Assembly (NCBI RefSeq): GCF_022045235.1
Contig: NW_027266308.1
Location: forward strand, 65,534,001-65,598,000
Direction of reading: 5' to 3'
Length of the DNA: 64,000 nt
From: Haliotis cracherodii
Taxonomy: Eukaryota
Shown here piece after piece: positions 11,140-21,951 of the stretch. Below the pieces are notes generated by a model. The model was not told the DNA's origin, made no database searches, and saw only the letters and a list, made by a program, of their open reading frames with translations. The number at the start of each line of letters is the position of its first letter. The stretch's first letter is position 1. The position numbers were made by a program, and so were the translations under genes.

Positions 11140-13775
11140 ATGGTTCGCGTCGTGTGTCAGAATTTCCAGCGGCCTAGAAGCCGGCATACCTCGGGCGAGT
11201 CGCCGTATTCCCTTGATTCGGACTTGGCACGGAGAGCGGCCGAGGCCTTGACCACAATGACTGCAGCGGAGGGACGCAAGTTTGATTCCGATACAGAAAC
11301 ATCTAGCGATGCTTGTTGGGAATCGGATGGAGGTACATGTTGGGATGTTGGCACTAGCGACAGCGGAGCGGAGCCAGCGAGAGACAAGGTAGGTTAGCTT
11401 GACCTAATTCACCGAGTTTCAGCTGACGATCAGCTGTGAGAGCCAGCACGTAGAAACTGCACTCCCGTCGAGATAAAGCTGTTTACATGATAACAAGTGT
11501 TGATAGCTTTAATTTGTTGTCAGTGTAGTGACTTATTGATTACTCAGCATCACGGGACGATGCGATTGTGCAATTATAGATCCAAGTCATGCTAAATGGA
11601 ATTGCGCAAAAAGTCTTCTGTCAGCAGTTACGCTCAGCTGATCTGTCGTCGACCCCGTTCACCTACTGCGCAGGATATATTGAAAAGGGAGGTAACTCGC
11701 TGATCAATATTTGCGTGATATCGGCTCACGATGTATTGATGGATTTGGTTGTGTTATAGGAAGCCATGCTGAAGAAGCGCAAGGCAAGGCGGAGGGAAAG
11801 AAATAAGGTTTCAGCACAGGCGTACCGTCAGCGGAGGAAAGAACAGACGCTCTCTCAGCAAAAGGTAAGATATATGACGCGCAAACAACGGTTCTTCGTT
11901 TTCACTTTGGGTATTGGAAGAACGCATCGGGTTAAAACAATTCGAAATTCAAATAAAGGCGTGTCCATAACTGGGCTTAGGTTGTTTATTTATTTAGTAC
12001 AATTTTATATTCATGCATTAGAGTCGCACATAAATTTTTAATTTGAATTTCGCTTTAAAATTGTATTTGTTTTATGATTTTATAGTATAAAAATTAGTGG
12101 CGGATGTAAATCCGGGATCCGCCTCTGAAATTTATATTTATGGTGGAATGTAACATAAATCAAGCGTGATGTTGCAATCATGCTATTTGTAATAACTTCG
12201 TGATCTTAAAGACGTCAGGTTACCAACATGTGTGGGTGGGCGGGAATTTGGGCGGGGAGTTTTGTCCGTGACAAAATATTTTGAGTTTCATTCGATATTT
12301 GACAGTGAAATATCGCAAAACATAACATTTCCAACCCTTCTGAGAAATTCCTTGGGTAAAAAGCTATGATTCATATCCATGTGCAATATCTAGGTTAGTG
12401 TAGGATTGGTTTGTGTTTTGTTTTGCATCTAATAAATCATTGCCAGGGCCCCGTTCCACAAAGCTATCTTAGCCCTACGACTACCGTAGGCCTGTGTTCA
12501 AGTATGGGAATTACGATCATCTTAGCGCTAAGATCGCTTTGTGGAACAGGGCCCAGGAAAGTCAGTTCTTGTACTGTAGTTATATTCCATCTGAAGCTAT
12601 TTTGTTAATTGGTTAAAGGAAGCAAAACAATTTAAACAGTTTGGTCGAAAAATATTTTTTAAAAGGAATCTCCATTTAAAAGAAAACGGTCCACGGCTTG
12701 CTTGTCTAGTTTTGTTAGTGTATTTATTAGCTTCTTTATAACTCAAATACAATTATGCAAAGCGGGTGTTAAAACCTAATGATATTTTTATGACCTAAAG
12801 TATCAAATGTATATTGTATACCATCTATGAATTAAGCAGAGAACGTCATCAAAATTATATCTTGTAATATGCTGAAGAATGCCACGACTTGGTATAGAAA
12901 ATTGTAACTCCGTTTGGTTGCAAGGATTATTTATTGGTGTAATGTAAACTAAGAATGCTTAACATTCAAGCCCCAGATAAGCTGGGTTTTTTTATAGAGA
13001 AGCCGACACCCTTTTGTAATTAGATAAAATAAGAGAGGTTTGTTACGAACTGGAATGCGCTTTTAGAGTCTCAATTCAAACGAATGTATATTTTGTGACG
13101 TGTTCTATTACATCAGTGGGACAAAGTCTAGCTTGATTAATTATGTAGTCATCACATTGGTATTTATAGTGTTTGACAAATGTACTTGTACTAATCATGT
13201 GACTCTCAAGCAGGACATTGATTAGAAAAAAGAACTGAGTACATTTGCCGAAAGCGAAACTAACACTACTTCCGCATTGGCGTTGTGGTCACGTGACTGC
13301 TGTGCAAACATCAGGTGCTTTGTAAATAGCAAGCCTTATTGTCATTATTAATACAAAAAATATTGTTATCATTTGCATGTTTTATTCCTGTATGTATGGC
13401 GATGAGCTTATCCATTCACGAAAATGTAACCCCTTATCCAACCCACGGTGTAGATTCGATCCCGTGTTTGCGAGCAATTCCTGAAACAGCAATGATTATT
13501 ACGCTTTGAACAATGCTGACACCGGTTATCTCCCCTTGCAGATTCTGACACAGCTGGAGGACCACCAGAGGGAACTGCTTGAGCAGGTCGAGAAACTGCA
13601 GAAGGAAAAGATGCAGGTTGAGACCTTTCTCCGCAGCTGTTTCAAACGACAGGACACAACCCCACAGACGTCGTCCCCCAAGGACGCCATTGCTCATCAT
13701 TTCCATAATAATCATCGACATCATGAGAATCTTTGTCATTCTTCTAACATTCCCGCAATCATGAGCGTATCGTGA
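11140..13775 (+). CDS. bZIP gene 1, Fos/ATF3-family-like transcription factor, ~195 aa; join(11140..11388,11760..11864,13542..13775)
   Basis: Three phase-0 GT-AG exons (AAG|GTAGGT, TTATAG|GAA, AAG|GTAAGA, TTGCAG|ATT) join in frame. Basic region KRKARRRERNKVSAQAYRQRRKEQ; zipper QLEDHQRELLEQVEKLQKEKMQVETFL resembles c-Fos [27 protein letters not shown]. Introns flank the basic exon as in Fos/ATF3. TATA/Inr upstream; AATAAA at 14885 and 15124. Confidence 0.88.
12447..12553. mobile_element. PIF/Harbinger-type MITE in gene 1 intron 2 (relatives at ~55682-55788 and ~59386-59483)
   Basis: ~27-bp TIRs GGCCCCGTTCCACAAAGCTATCTTAGC / GCTAAGATCGCTTTGTGGAACAGGGCC; CAG 3-bp TSD. Confidence 0.75.
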
Positions 13776-15487
13776 AGAGGTGGCATCGCCGGTGTAGGGA
13801 GTTCAAAGCGGAGCTCGGCAGGGACGGATTGAAACCAGGGTACCACGGAAACCTGGAGTCTCGCTGAGTGTCTTGGGTGGGATCCGAAAGGACGTGACGA
13901 GTTCGATCACTTTGGTGACCGAATCTTTCTTTATGAGATTTGTGTTTATTGACATTGAATCCCATTTTGAGACAGTCTATTATATCTCGTCATATATCTC
14001 GCGTACCATCATCTCAATCATATCAAGGAGACCCGTAAGTGGACAGAGACTAATGATGGGGCCCCGAATGGGGTCGGCGCGGGTACTGGGCAAACCACAG
14101 AACGGAATCGCCTTGTTTACTCATTATCTTTCATGTCAGTGTAGTTACTACATAACCCTACCTCTATCGACCTATAGCTGAACATTGCTGTCGTCGTTCT
14201 TGATCATGTTCAATCTCCATATTGTGTGTCATTCAGTTCGTATTTGGACAATCTGGTCAGTGTCTGATAGTTAATTATATCTATCTGCAGTTCCAATGTT
14301 AGTGACGTCATGGTATTGTCTTACATCGTGTGTGAAGCTGACTTCCTCAGACGGTCCTCGCGATCTGCCAACAGTTATCTCCCTCTAAGCGTGAGGTCAC
14401 GTGACACTGACGTCACTAATTTTAAAGATTGCATCAGTCAAAGTCGGTCACCTATGGCAACAGGAGGCTCTGTTCAGAAGATCTTGCGTCAGAAAGAGGT
14501 TATTGTGTCAAAGCCAGCTTCCGAGATTAACAATACTCTTACAATTTACCTCTAGGAATAACGGTAATCAAACAACCTCAGCATTGTAGTGTCATCTCAC
14601 CATTTTTCTGGCTTTTTCCAAAATTTACTCGCAATGGATTTGTTGTACATGTACTTCAGTTTGTACATCTCATTTTCCTTACCATAAATCTAGAAGTTGT
14701 AGAGGTGCTAGAACATAGTCGAGAAAGACTGCACAGACAAGCCTGTTGGGGTTTGATTGTATGGAGATAAAAGCACTAATGTTCTCACGATTGGTTGTAA
14801 ATGCATAGTCTATTTTTATTCAGGGAAAACCCTGTCGATGCGTGTAACGATCACAAAATGGCATTTTCAAATTGTTAAAATTTGAATAAAATGTCCACTA
14901 CCAGGGCAGTAAAACGTCATGTACGAAACAATGCGCGCGGTTTACTTTGACTGGGTTTCTGACATCTGTGCGCTCTTCTCTCGATGAATGAACACATGAT
15001 GGCACAGTAGTGTTGATATACGTTACCATGGAAACAGCCAGATTGGCAAAGTGACATATATTCGTTATTGTATGTATACGTCTTTGAATATTCAAATTGC
15101 ATAAGTCTTTCATATTTTTGTACAATAAAACTGTGTTTATTGCACTAAAGTTTAACCTGGTCTCGTATGTTGTCCTTTTGAATACAATGTGGTATAGGTG
15201 ATGTGTTGAGTGAGTGAGTATGTAGGTGTAGCGCTGCTTTAGGCAGTATTTTATTTACATCCTGGCACTTCATCGTCACGTGGGAGGAAAGCTCGAAGCA
15301 GCGCATGTTCGAAACGTTAGTAAACTAACAATGTGGCGCTGATTGATAAAGGATCATACTTGGATTCGAACATAAATCAGCGGATTCTTTCGTGACTGAT
15401 CAATAATCTAAAACTAATTCTGCCGTAATTAGTGTGGTATGTGCTGACAGATGGTTTGACTGTCATTCTGTCCCACGTGTTGTAATG

Positions 15488-15870
15488 AGGCACTCAGTGG
15501 TTACAAGCACACGTCTTATAGTGGGGCAATGGGTGGTTACAGGGACATGTCTTATAGTGGGGCACTCGATGGTTACACACACACACACACGCCTTATAGT
15601 GGGCTCTCGGTGGTTACAAGCACACGCCTTACACTGGGGCACTCGGTGGTTACAGGGTAACGCCTTATAGCGCTGCACTCAGTGTTTACAAGCACACGTC
15701 TTATAGTGAGGCATTCGGTGGTTTCAAGCACTCGTCGTATAGTGACACTCGGTGGTTTGAGGGACACGTCTCGTTGTGGGACACTCGGTGGTTACAGGGT
15801 CACGTTTTATAGTGGGGCACTCGGTGGTTACAGGGTCATGTTTTATAGTGGGGCACTCGGTGGTTACAAT
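15488..15870. repeat. Degenerate 36-bp tandem repeat
   Basis: CACTCGGTGGTTACAGGG..TTATAGTGGGG at 15782, 15818, 15854. Confidence 0.75.
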
Positions 15871-16639
15871 AGAATGGCCTGTAAAAGTTATTGAGTCCGG
15901 GCCATGCAAACCCGTGGTTAATAGCATGAGCAACGATCCAGGTCACATGATGACTCACAATCAGTCTGGTCACACGTTTAGCACCGTATCATAGCTTTAG
16001 GGATCTCGCACAACACTCATGGGGTACAAGGAGCCTATTCTGAAACAATTCGTTCCAATGGGGATAAGTTTTTAAGTTCGAGCTAACATCACGTATTCCT
16101 TCTTGAGATATAGTTCATGATGGACAAGCCTACTAAACTTACTCTAGATATCTTAATCTGTGTAACTCGGTTACCCGACCCATTCTTTACACTACCTAAG
16201 TTCACAGGCCGCCTATGTAGACACACACACGCAGGTAGACAGTTCATCGCTCGCAAGCACGCACGCACGCACGCACGCACGCGCGCGCACACACACACAC
16301 AGTGAGGGAGAGAGAGACATGCACACATTTCACAAAAATTAAAATGAAGCCAAGAATAACCCTTAATTTTCGGCTGATGCAATCAAGACTTGCCAAATCA
16401 TTCTAGACTTGAGTTGGACTCTTTTTATTATATATGCCCTAGGGTCTAGGAGACAGAGACTATATATATTCGTCGATGCTATAAAATAGCTGGCGATATA
16501 GTTGTATCAGTGATGGCCGGAACCTGAATGTGCACGATCTTCACTATTCCGTCGATATCGCTATGGCTTGTATACCATCATGTCTGGCCCGGGCAAACAA
16601 GTCACAACGATTCACGGCACCAGTCAATTCAACATGCCT

Positions 16640-17045
16640 GAGTGAGCGAGTAGGCTTTTGCGCAGCTTTTATCAATATTCCAGCAATATCAAAGCGGGGG
16701 ACACCAGAAATGGGCTTCACAGATTGTACACCAGTGGGGAATCGAACCCGTGGTTTCGACGTGCCGAGCGAAGACCTCTAACCACTAGGCTACCCTACCG
16801 CACCTCAACAGGCCTGACCACACGCTCGATTTTAGTCGACTGTCACAAGCTTTTGTACATGAGCAGTATAGTGAGTGAGTGAGTGAGTGAGTGTGGTTTT
16901 ACCCCGCTTTTATCAATATTCCAGCAATATCTCGGCGGGGGACACCAGAAATGGGCTTCACACATTGTACCCATGTGGGGAATCGTACCCGGGCCTTCGA
17001 CGTGATGAGCGAACGCTTTAACCACTAGGCTACCCGACCGCCCCA
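16640..17045 (-). mobile_element. Two adjacent SINE family A copies (16640-16803, 16872-17045)
   Basis: Both are reverse complements of the 19822 copy, with GAGT-type tails. Confidence 0.85.
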
Positions 17046-18249
17046 CAGAGCGGTGTATTGTTGATTGACTGAATTTGTTTTAACGCCGCCAATATTTCAG
17101 TTTTATCACAGGGATGAAAGTTACCACTGTGAAGAAACGTTAACCAATAAGCATGGGTAAGCATGACAACCCAAGAAACATTATAATTATGCTGAACAGG
17201 GATTCGAACCGACGATCCTATATTTTCTGGCGCGTTAATAGTAGTGTAGGGGATAGTAAACAGAACCTACAGCATAATATAAATATAAATTGAAAAACAT
17301 ACGGTCTGGCATGGTAGTAGGTGTTTTCTTGTTTATATTTAATATTTTTAAAAAGTCCATTTTTGTTGATGTTTTTGACATTTTGTTTTTATAATTTGCA
17401 TCCTGCTTGTGACAGTTTGTCCTAAACAATCTGTAAAAAATACACTTTTTCATATCTCATTGCTATTTTTCATCAGACCTATCCAGACCTAACCAGACCT
17501 AATCAGTTCAGAAGTGTTGGGGAACAGAGGACAATAGTAACGTCTGTTCTCTCTGTCGGTCAGTCTATACATACGTTGTGCGGTGTAATGCTGTACACAC
17601 AGACAAGTAATGCTATTGTTACACACACGTGGCCTAGAGGAGGCGGACTTGTCACGGCGTCTTACAGAGAGATTTGAAATGCATCGTCAATCACCGTTGC
17701 AAAATATTTATTTGTCAATTAACGTATATACCTTAATGGCTATCCACTTGAACCAATACATGCATATAAGCGTATATATACACCAATATCTACTGAACAT
17801 TGTTAGAAAGTAAGCATTTTTTGTAATTTCACACTGACAAGAATATATTCATTTTATTTGTATGTAGACGATATTGTATAGTGAGGATGGAAATGTTAGG
17901 ATTGTGAACACGCCAGAAATATTTATACGACCCCCTCCTTACGTATTTTACCTTCAAATAGAATACTTATATACAAGGCAGCGTATTTCATCACTCTTCA
18001 TAGTGGTTATATTGTTATTTTGTGTTCCGAATGTATAAACAAAACCGTTTTATTGTTTTCAAAACAAACAAAAATGTATTGAGGACGAATACAAATAAGG
18101 TGATGTCCAACATTTGAAAAGTCATAAACTTACATCAAGTTATATAAACTTGGATTTCTCCAACTGAACGTTATAGGAAGACACAATAACCTAATAGGGC
18201 AATGAGTGATTGTTCATATCTTGATTTACTCTTCCATTATTGGCGCCGT

Positions 18250-18693
18250 GTCACGTGAACTCCGCTGGCTGATGCAAGCTTGCATCATGTAAACGACCGT
18301 CAGGAAAATGAGGCACCTTGAACAACCTTGACTTGTGACACAAACGATGACGCTCAAATCGAATGTACGAATCGGGGAAATATTAGAAGCTGACGTGTCC
18401 TTTGACGACTCTTTGCATGATGAAACAGTTTCATACTACTGTCCCCTCCTTTAGACACAACATCTGGATGTGTCGTAATATCTGCATACGCATGAGTGTA
18501 TGGTTGCATTATAAAATGTTCTGGAAATTAATAGAATGTATGTTGGACATTCACTGACGCAATGATGGAAGCAAATAGAACGTTTGGGAAGAAGGGTAAG
18601 GGAGGTAACTCTTGGAGAAAGTCAGTGTTGCATGGTCTTACGAAATATCTCAAGCGAAAAGGGGAAGGCATATTTTATTGTAGCGAGGTGAGA
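18250..18693 (+). promoter_or_regulatory. Candidate enhancer or distal promoter (paired AARE palindrome, E-box, TATA, splice donors)
   Basis: GTCACGTGA 18250; TGATGCAAGCTTGCATCA 18270-18287; TATAAAA 18510; TGACGCAA ~18555; donor-like GG|GTAAG 18596 and GAG|GTGAGA 18688. Confidence 0.4.
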
Positions 18694-18939
18694 TATATAC
18701 ATAACTGTTTTGGATTGCTTTCCAGTCAGTTTGACTTGTGATACTAACAACAGAATCGTTAGATATATTTCTGAAAGTGAAAACAGTGTAAATAGGTTGT
18801 CAGCACCCGAGGCAGGACCGTCCAGCCATCACCGTTTAGCACACTAATGCCTCTGTGTATTTGTGAAAAAAACATCGCCATTGTAGAAATACACATTCAC
18901 ACGGATGAATTGTTTGATAGGCATAACTTAGAAGTTGAC

Positions 18940-19065
18940 GGATGACAAAGTAGACACAAGGTATGGATAACAATTTCTTTAATACTGTAAAGGCGACGTT
19001 TCGATATACATGTAGATCCTTATACCGTTGTCAAGCAACATAGTTGTGTCTACTTTGACACATCC
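18940..19065 (-). mobile_element. Penelope-like remnant with variant hammerhead (18993-19036) and terminal inverted repeat
   Basis: Minus strand reads GC-TTGACAA-C-GGTATA(loop)TATATC-GAAA-CGT-C-GC. Flanked by inverted repeat CAAAGTAGACACAA/TTGTGTCTACTTTG. Downstream tail resembles that of the 31330 element. Confidence 0.5.
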
Positions 19066-19821
19066 ACACGTTAATATTTACTGAGTGTAATATGCTACAG
19101 GTTAATTCCGACTTAATAGTTAGTATTTAACGAAATGTTTCATGTTACATATATATTTGTACTTGGATTCAGTGGTTTCAATTGTAGAAGTAAATGATTC
19201 ATGTTTGAAATATAACTTTTGATGCCAAAAACACCCCCTCAAATAAAATTGCAAAGCAAATTATATGAATTGGTTACATGTTTCTAACTCACTCACTAAC
19301 TCACTCACTCAAATTCAGAATTAAGGCCTCCCAGCCCATAATTCTCAATACAAACATATTTATGTGATAAATAATAATACATTATCGTAATTGCCATTAC
19401 AAATGCGTATAAACAAAATACTTGGCAGTTACCTGTCCCGAGTGATTAAATTACATAACGTTTAAATTTATAGATACATTTACAAGTTCAAGTGGCTCAA
19501 AGTGATATGCTGTGTTTGAAACCGCAGTTATAACTATGAAACAAATTCTTTCTCAGTATATATATACATTCAAAAACGTTTATCTATCCAATTCTTCCTT
19601 TGGAAAAAACTGAAATATAAAAAAGCTCCTATAGCCAAGCTTCCGTTTCACTGTCACATGTGTTCTATACAGCATTGATACAAAAGTAAATGTTAGATGG
19701 CTATAGATATTTCTCTCTGTAACTGTTTTACATTGGGCAAACAAACAAACAAATGACAGTAACGACAAAGTTGCTCTTCTCTTGGAATATATTCCCACTT
19801 GCCTGTCTCTATGTGTAAATT

Positions 19822-19986
19822 GGGGCGGTCGGGTAGCCTAGTGGTTAAAGCGTTGGCTCGTCACGCTGAAGACCCGGGTTCGATTCCCGACATGGGTACA
19901 ATGTGTGAAGCCCATTTCTGGTGTCCCCCGCCATGATATTGCTGGAATATTGCTAAAAGCGGCGTAAAACCTAACTCACTCACTCA
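19822..19986 (+). mobile_element. SINE family A, full length (~165 bp)
   Basis: A box TAGCCTAGTGG, B box GGTTCGATTCC, (ACTC)n tail; 13-bp TSD CTATGTGTAAATT (19809-19821, 19987-19999). Confidence 0.92.
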
Positions 19987-20154
19987 CTATGTGTAAATTA
20001 TGACTTCCACATCTAAATCTACTAATTTCCTTGTTGAATTTGGAGTATTTTATGTAGGAGAGATACTTTACATATAGAAAATTATCTCTATATGTAAAGA
20101 TGTGTTTTCCATTCTTCAGGGTGCACATCTTTAAGTGGTTGATGAGAAGCAGGG

Positions 20155-20503
20155 TGAGGTGAGGTGAAATGGGGTTTAACGTCGCGTCCAAGATTATTGC
20201 ACTTATATAGCGACGTGCATGTACGTGTGTGTGTGTTTGTTACTGCTTGTACTAGTCCGGACTGATGCCGATTTATAGTGCTAGCTCACTGAGATACCAT
20301 GCCGCAGTTCAACATGAATACCCCACTCAGACACAGTATACTGACTCCGAGCCGACCAGTCCTTTGTTTTAGTCCCTTAATGCCGAGCGCCAGACAGGGT
20401 AACAACATCTTTTAACGTCTTTTGGTATGACGCGGCCGGGGATCGAACACCGGACCTTCCGCTTTCCGGGCGGAGGCTCTACCACTAGACCACGGAGGCG
20501 GTC
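20155..20503 (-). mobile_element. SINE family C (tRNA head; body resembling molluscan Meta/MESC-domain SINEs), full length
   Basis: Minus-strand A/B boxes (TGGTCTAGTGG, GTTCGATCCC), (CACCT)n tail, 12-bp TSD TGAGAAGCAGGG (20143-20154, 20504-20515). Family resemblance is from memory. Confidence 0.85.
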
Positions 20504-20620
20504 TGAGAAGCAGGGGCAGACATAGTGACACAGCAAACACCCTGAACAAGCCAAGCGTATCCAAATCCTAAAGAAAAAAATAACTTACGTACACCACCAG
20601 CCTAGGTCGTACGACCAGCA

Positions 20621-20845
20621 ACCCGTGAAGATCCGAGGTAGAATAGGTCTTCAGCAACCCATGATTGCCGTAAAAGGCGACTATGCTTGTCGTAAAAGGC
20701 TACTAACGGGATCGGGTGGTCAGGCTTGCTTGTATCCCAGGATTAATTGCACTTGATTGTGTGTCCAGACTCGATTATTTACAGACCACCGTCATATAGC
20801 TGGAATATTGCTGAGTGCGGCGTAAAACAACCAACTAACCAACCA
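20621..20845 (+). mobile_element. SINE-like family B (no tRNA head)
   Basis: Begins ACCCGTGAAGATCC..GAATAGGTCTTCAGCAACCC; ends GCTGGAATATTGCTGAGTGCGGCGTAAAACAAC. Confidence 0.85.
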
Positions 20846-21023
20846 ATTCATATACATCACTGCTGGTGATAAACGTCCAAACTCTCCCAACGCTGCCTCC
20901 TTACTAGTTTTGCTTCCAACACTCAAAATGTGTCTTCAAGAGTAAGCATGAACCCTCTCAACATTATCTGTATATAAAAAAAAAAATATTAGGTTAAAAT
21001 AGGCATCACCATCTTGTCAAATA

Positions 21024-21381
21024 GACCCGTGAAGATTCGGTTGGAAAAGGTCTTCAGCAACCCATGCTTGCCGTAAAATGCGATTCTGCTTGTCGTAAGA
21101 GGCGACTAACGGGATCGGGTGGTCAAGCTCACTGATGCATGTCATCGTGAGTGAGTGAGTGAGTGAGTTTGATTTTACGCCGCTTTTAGCAATAATCCAG
21201 CAATATCTCGGCGGGGGGCACCAGAAATCGGCTTCACACATGTCATCGTATCCCAATTGCATGGATCGATGCTCATGATGTCAATCACTGGATTGTCTGG
21301 TCCAGACTTGATTATTTAGAGACTGCCGTCAAATAGCTGGAATATTGCTGAGTGCGGTGTTAACAACAAACAAACAAACAA
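21024..21381 (+). mobile_element. Family B element with a nested minus-strand family A fragment (21149-21238)
   Basis: Nested insert flanked by 11-bp TSD CATGTCATCGT (21138-21148, 21239-21249). Confidence 0.88.
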
Positions 21382-21951
21382 AGAGAATAACAGCATCGGC
21401 TCAACTATTCGTTACAGTGAGAACTACATATACCCATGATCAAAGTACAGAAATGAGAAGATGAATTTTATTTCACATTATTACATTTCCTATGCAGATC
21501 ACTGAATGAAAATATCAACGACAGGATATATGTGACGGATTGTAATTCAAACTGTAAAACGCACTATTCGCCCACCCTAGTGCATTAAAGTTAGTGGTTG
21601 GGTATTTTTGCTGTGTAATGAAATCAGTTTATACACACGCGATGACTATTTTCCGCCCACTGCAACTCGATTGGAATTTCAGTGTACACGTTGACATCAG
21701 TCATATATGCCGCCTACACAGTGCTGTGACTAAGCGTTCTTTGTTGTACATGGAGGGAACCACCCGTCGTGTGTGCACCCTAGGATAACGTGGCGTCTCA
21801 GATTTACTTATGTCCTTTAAGGTAGCAAATTACATTGTATTAAATGAGTGTGAATTACACGAACACATTTCCACATGTGATCAAAGTGGAACCAAAATAC
21901 CCTAGGATACAATTGCTACACTACACGAAAACAATGCATGGGACAAGCTTC

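Noticed and set aside
11357-11376. beta-TrCP degron in gene 1 (SDSGAEP)
   Set aside because: Lacks the second Ser of DSGxxS.
19822-19895. tRNA gene
   Set aside because: A/B boxes continue into a SINE body with tail and TSD; same for the other copies.
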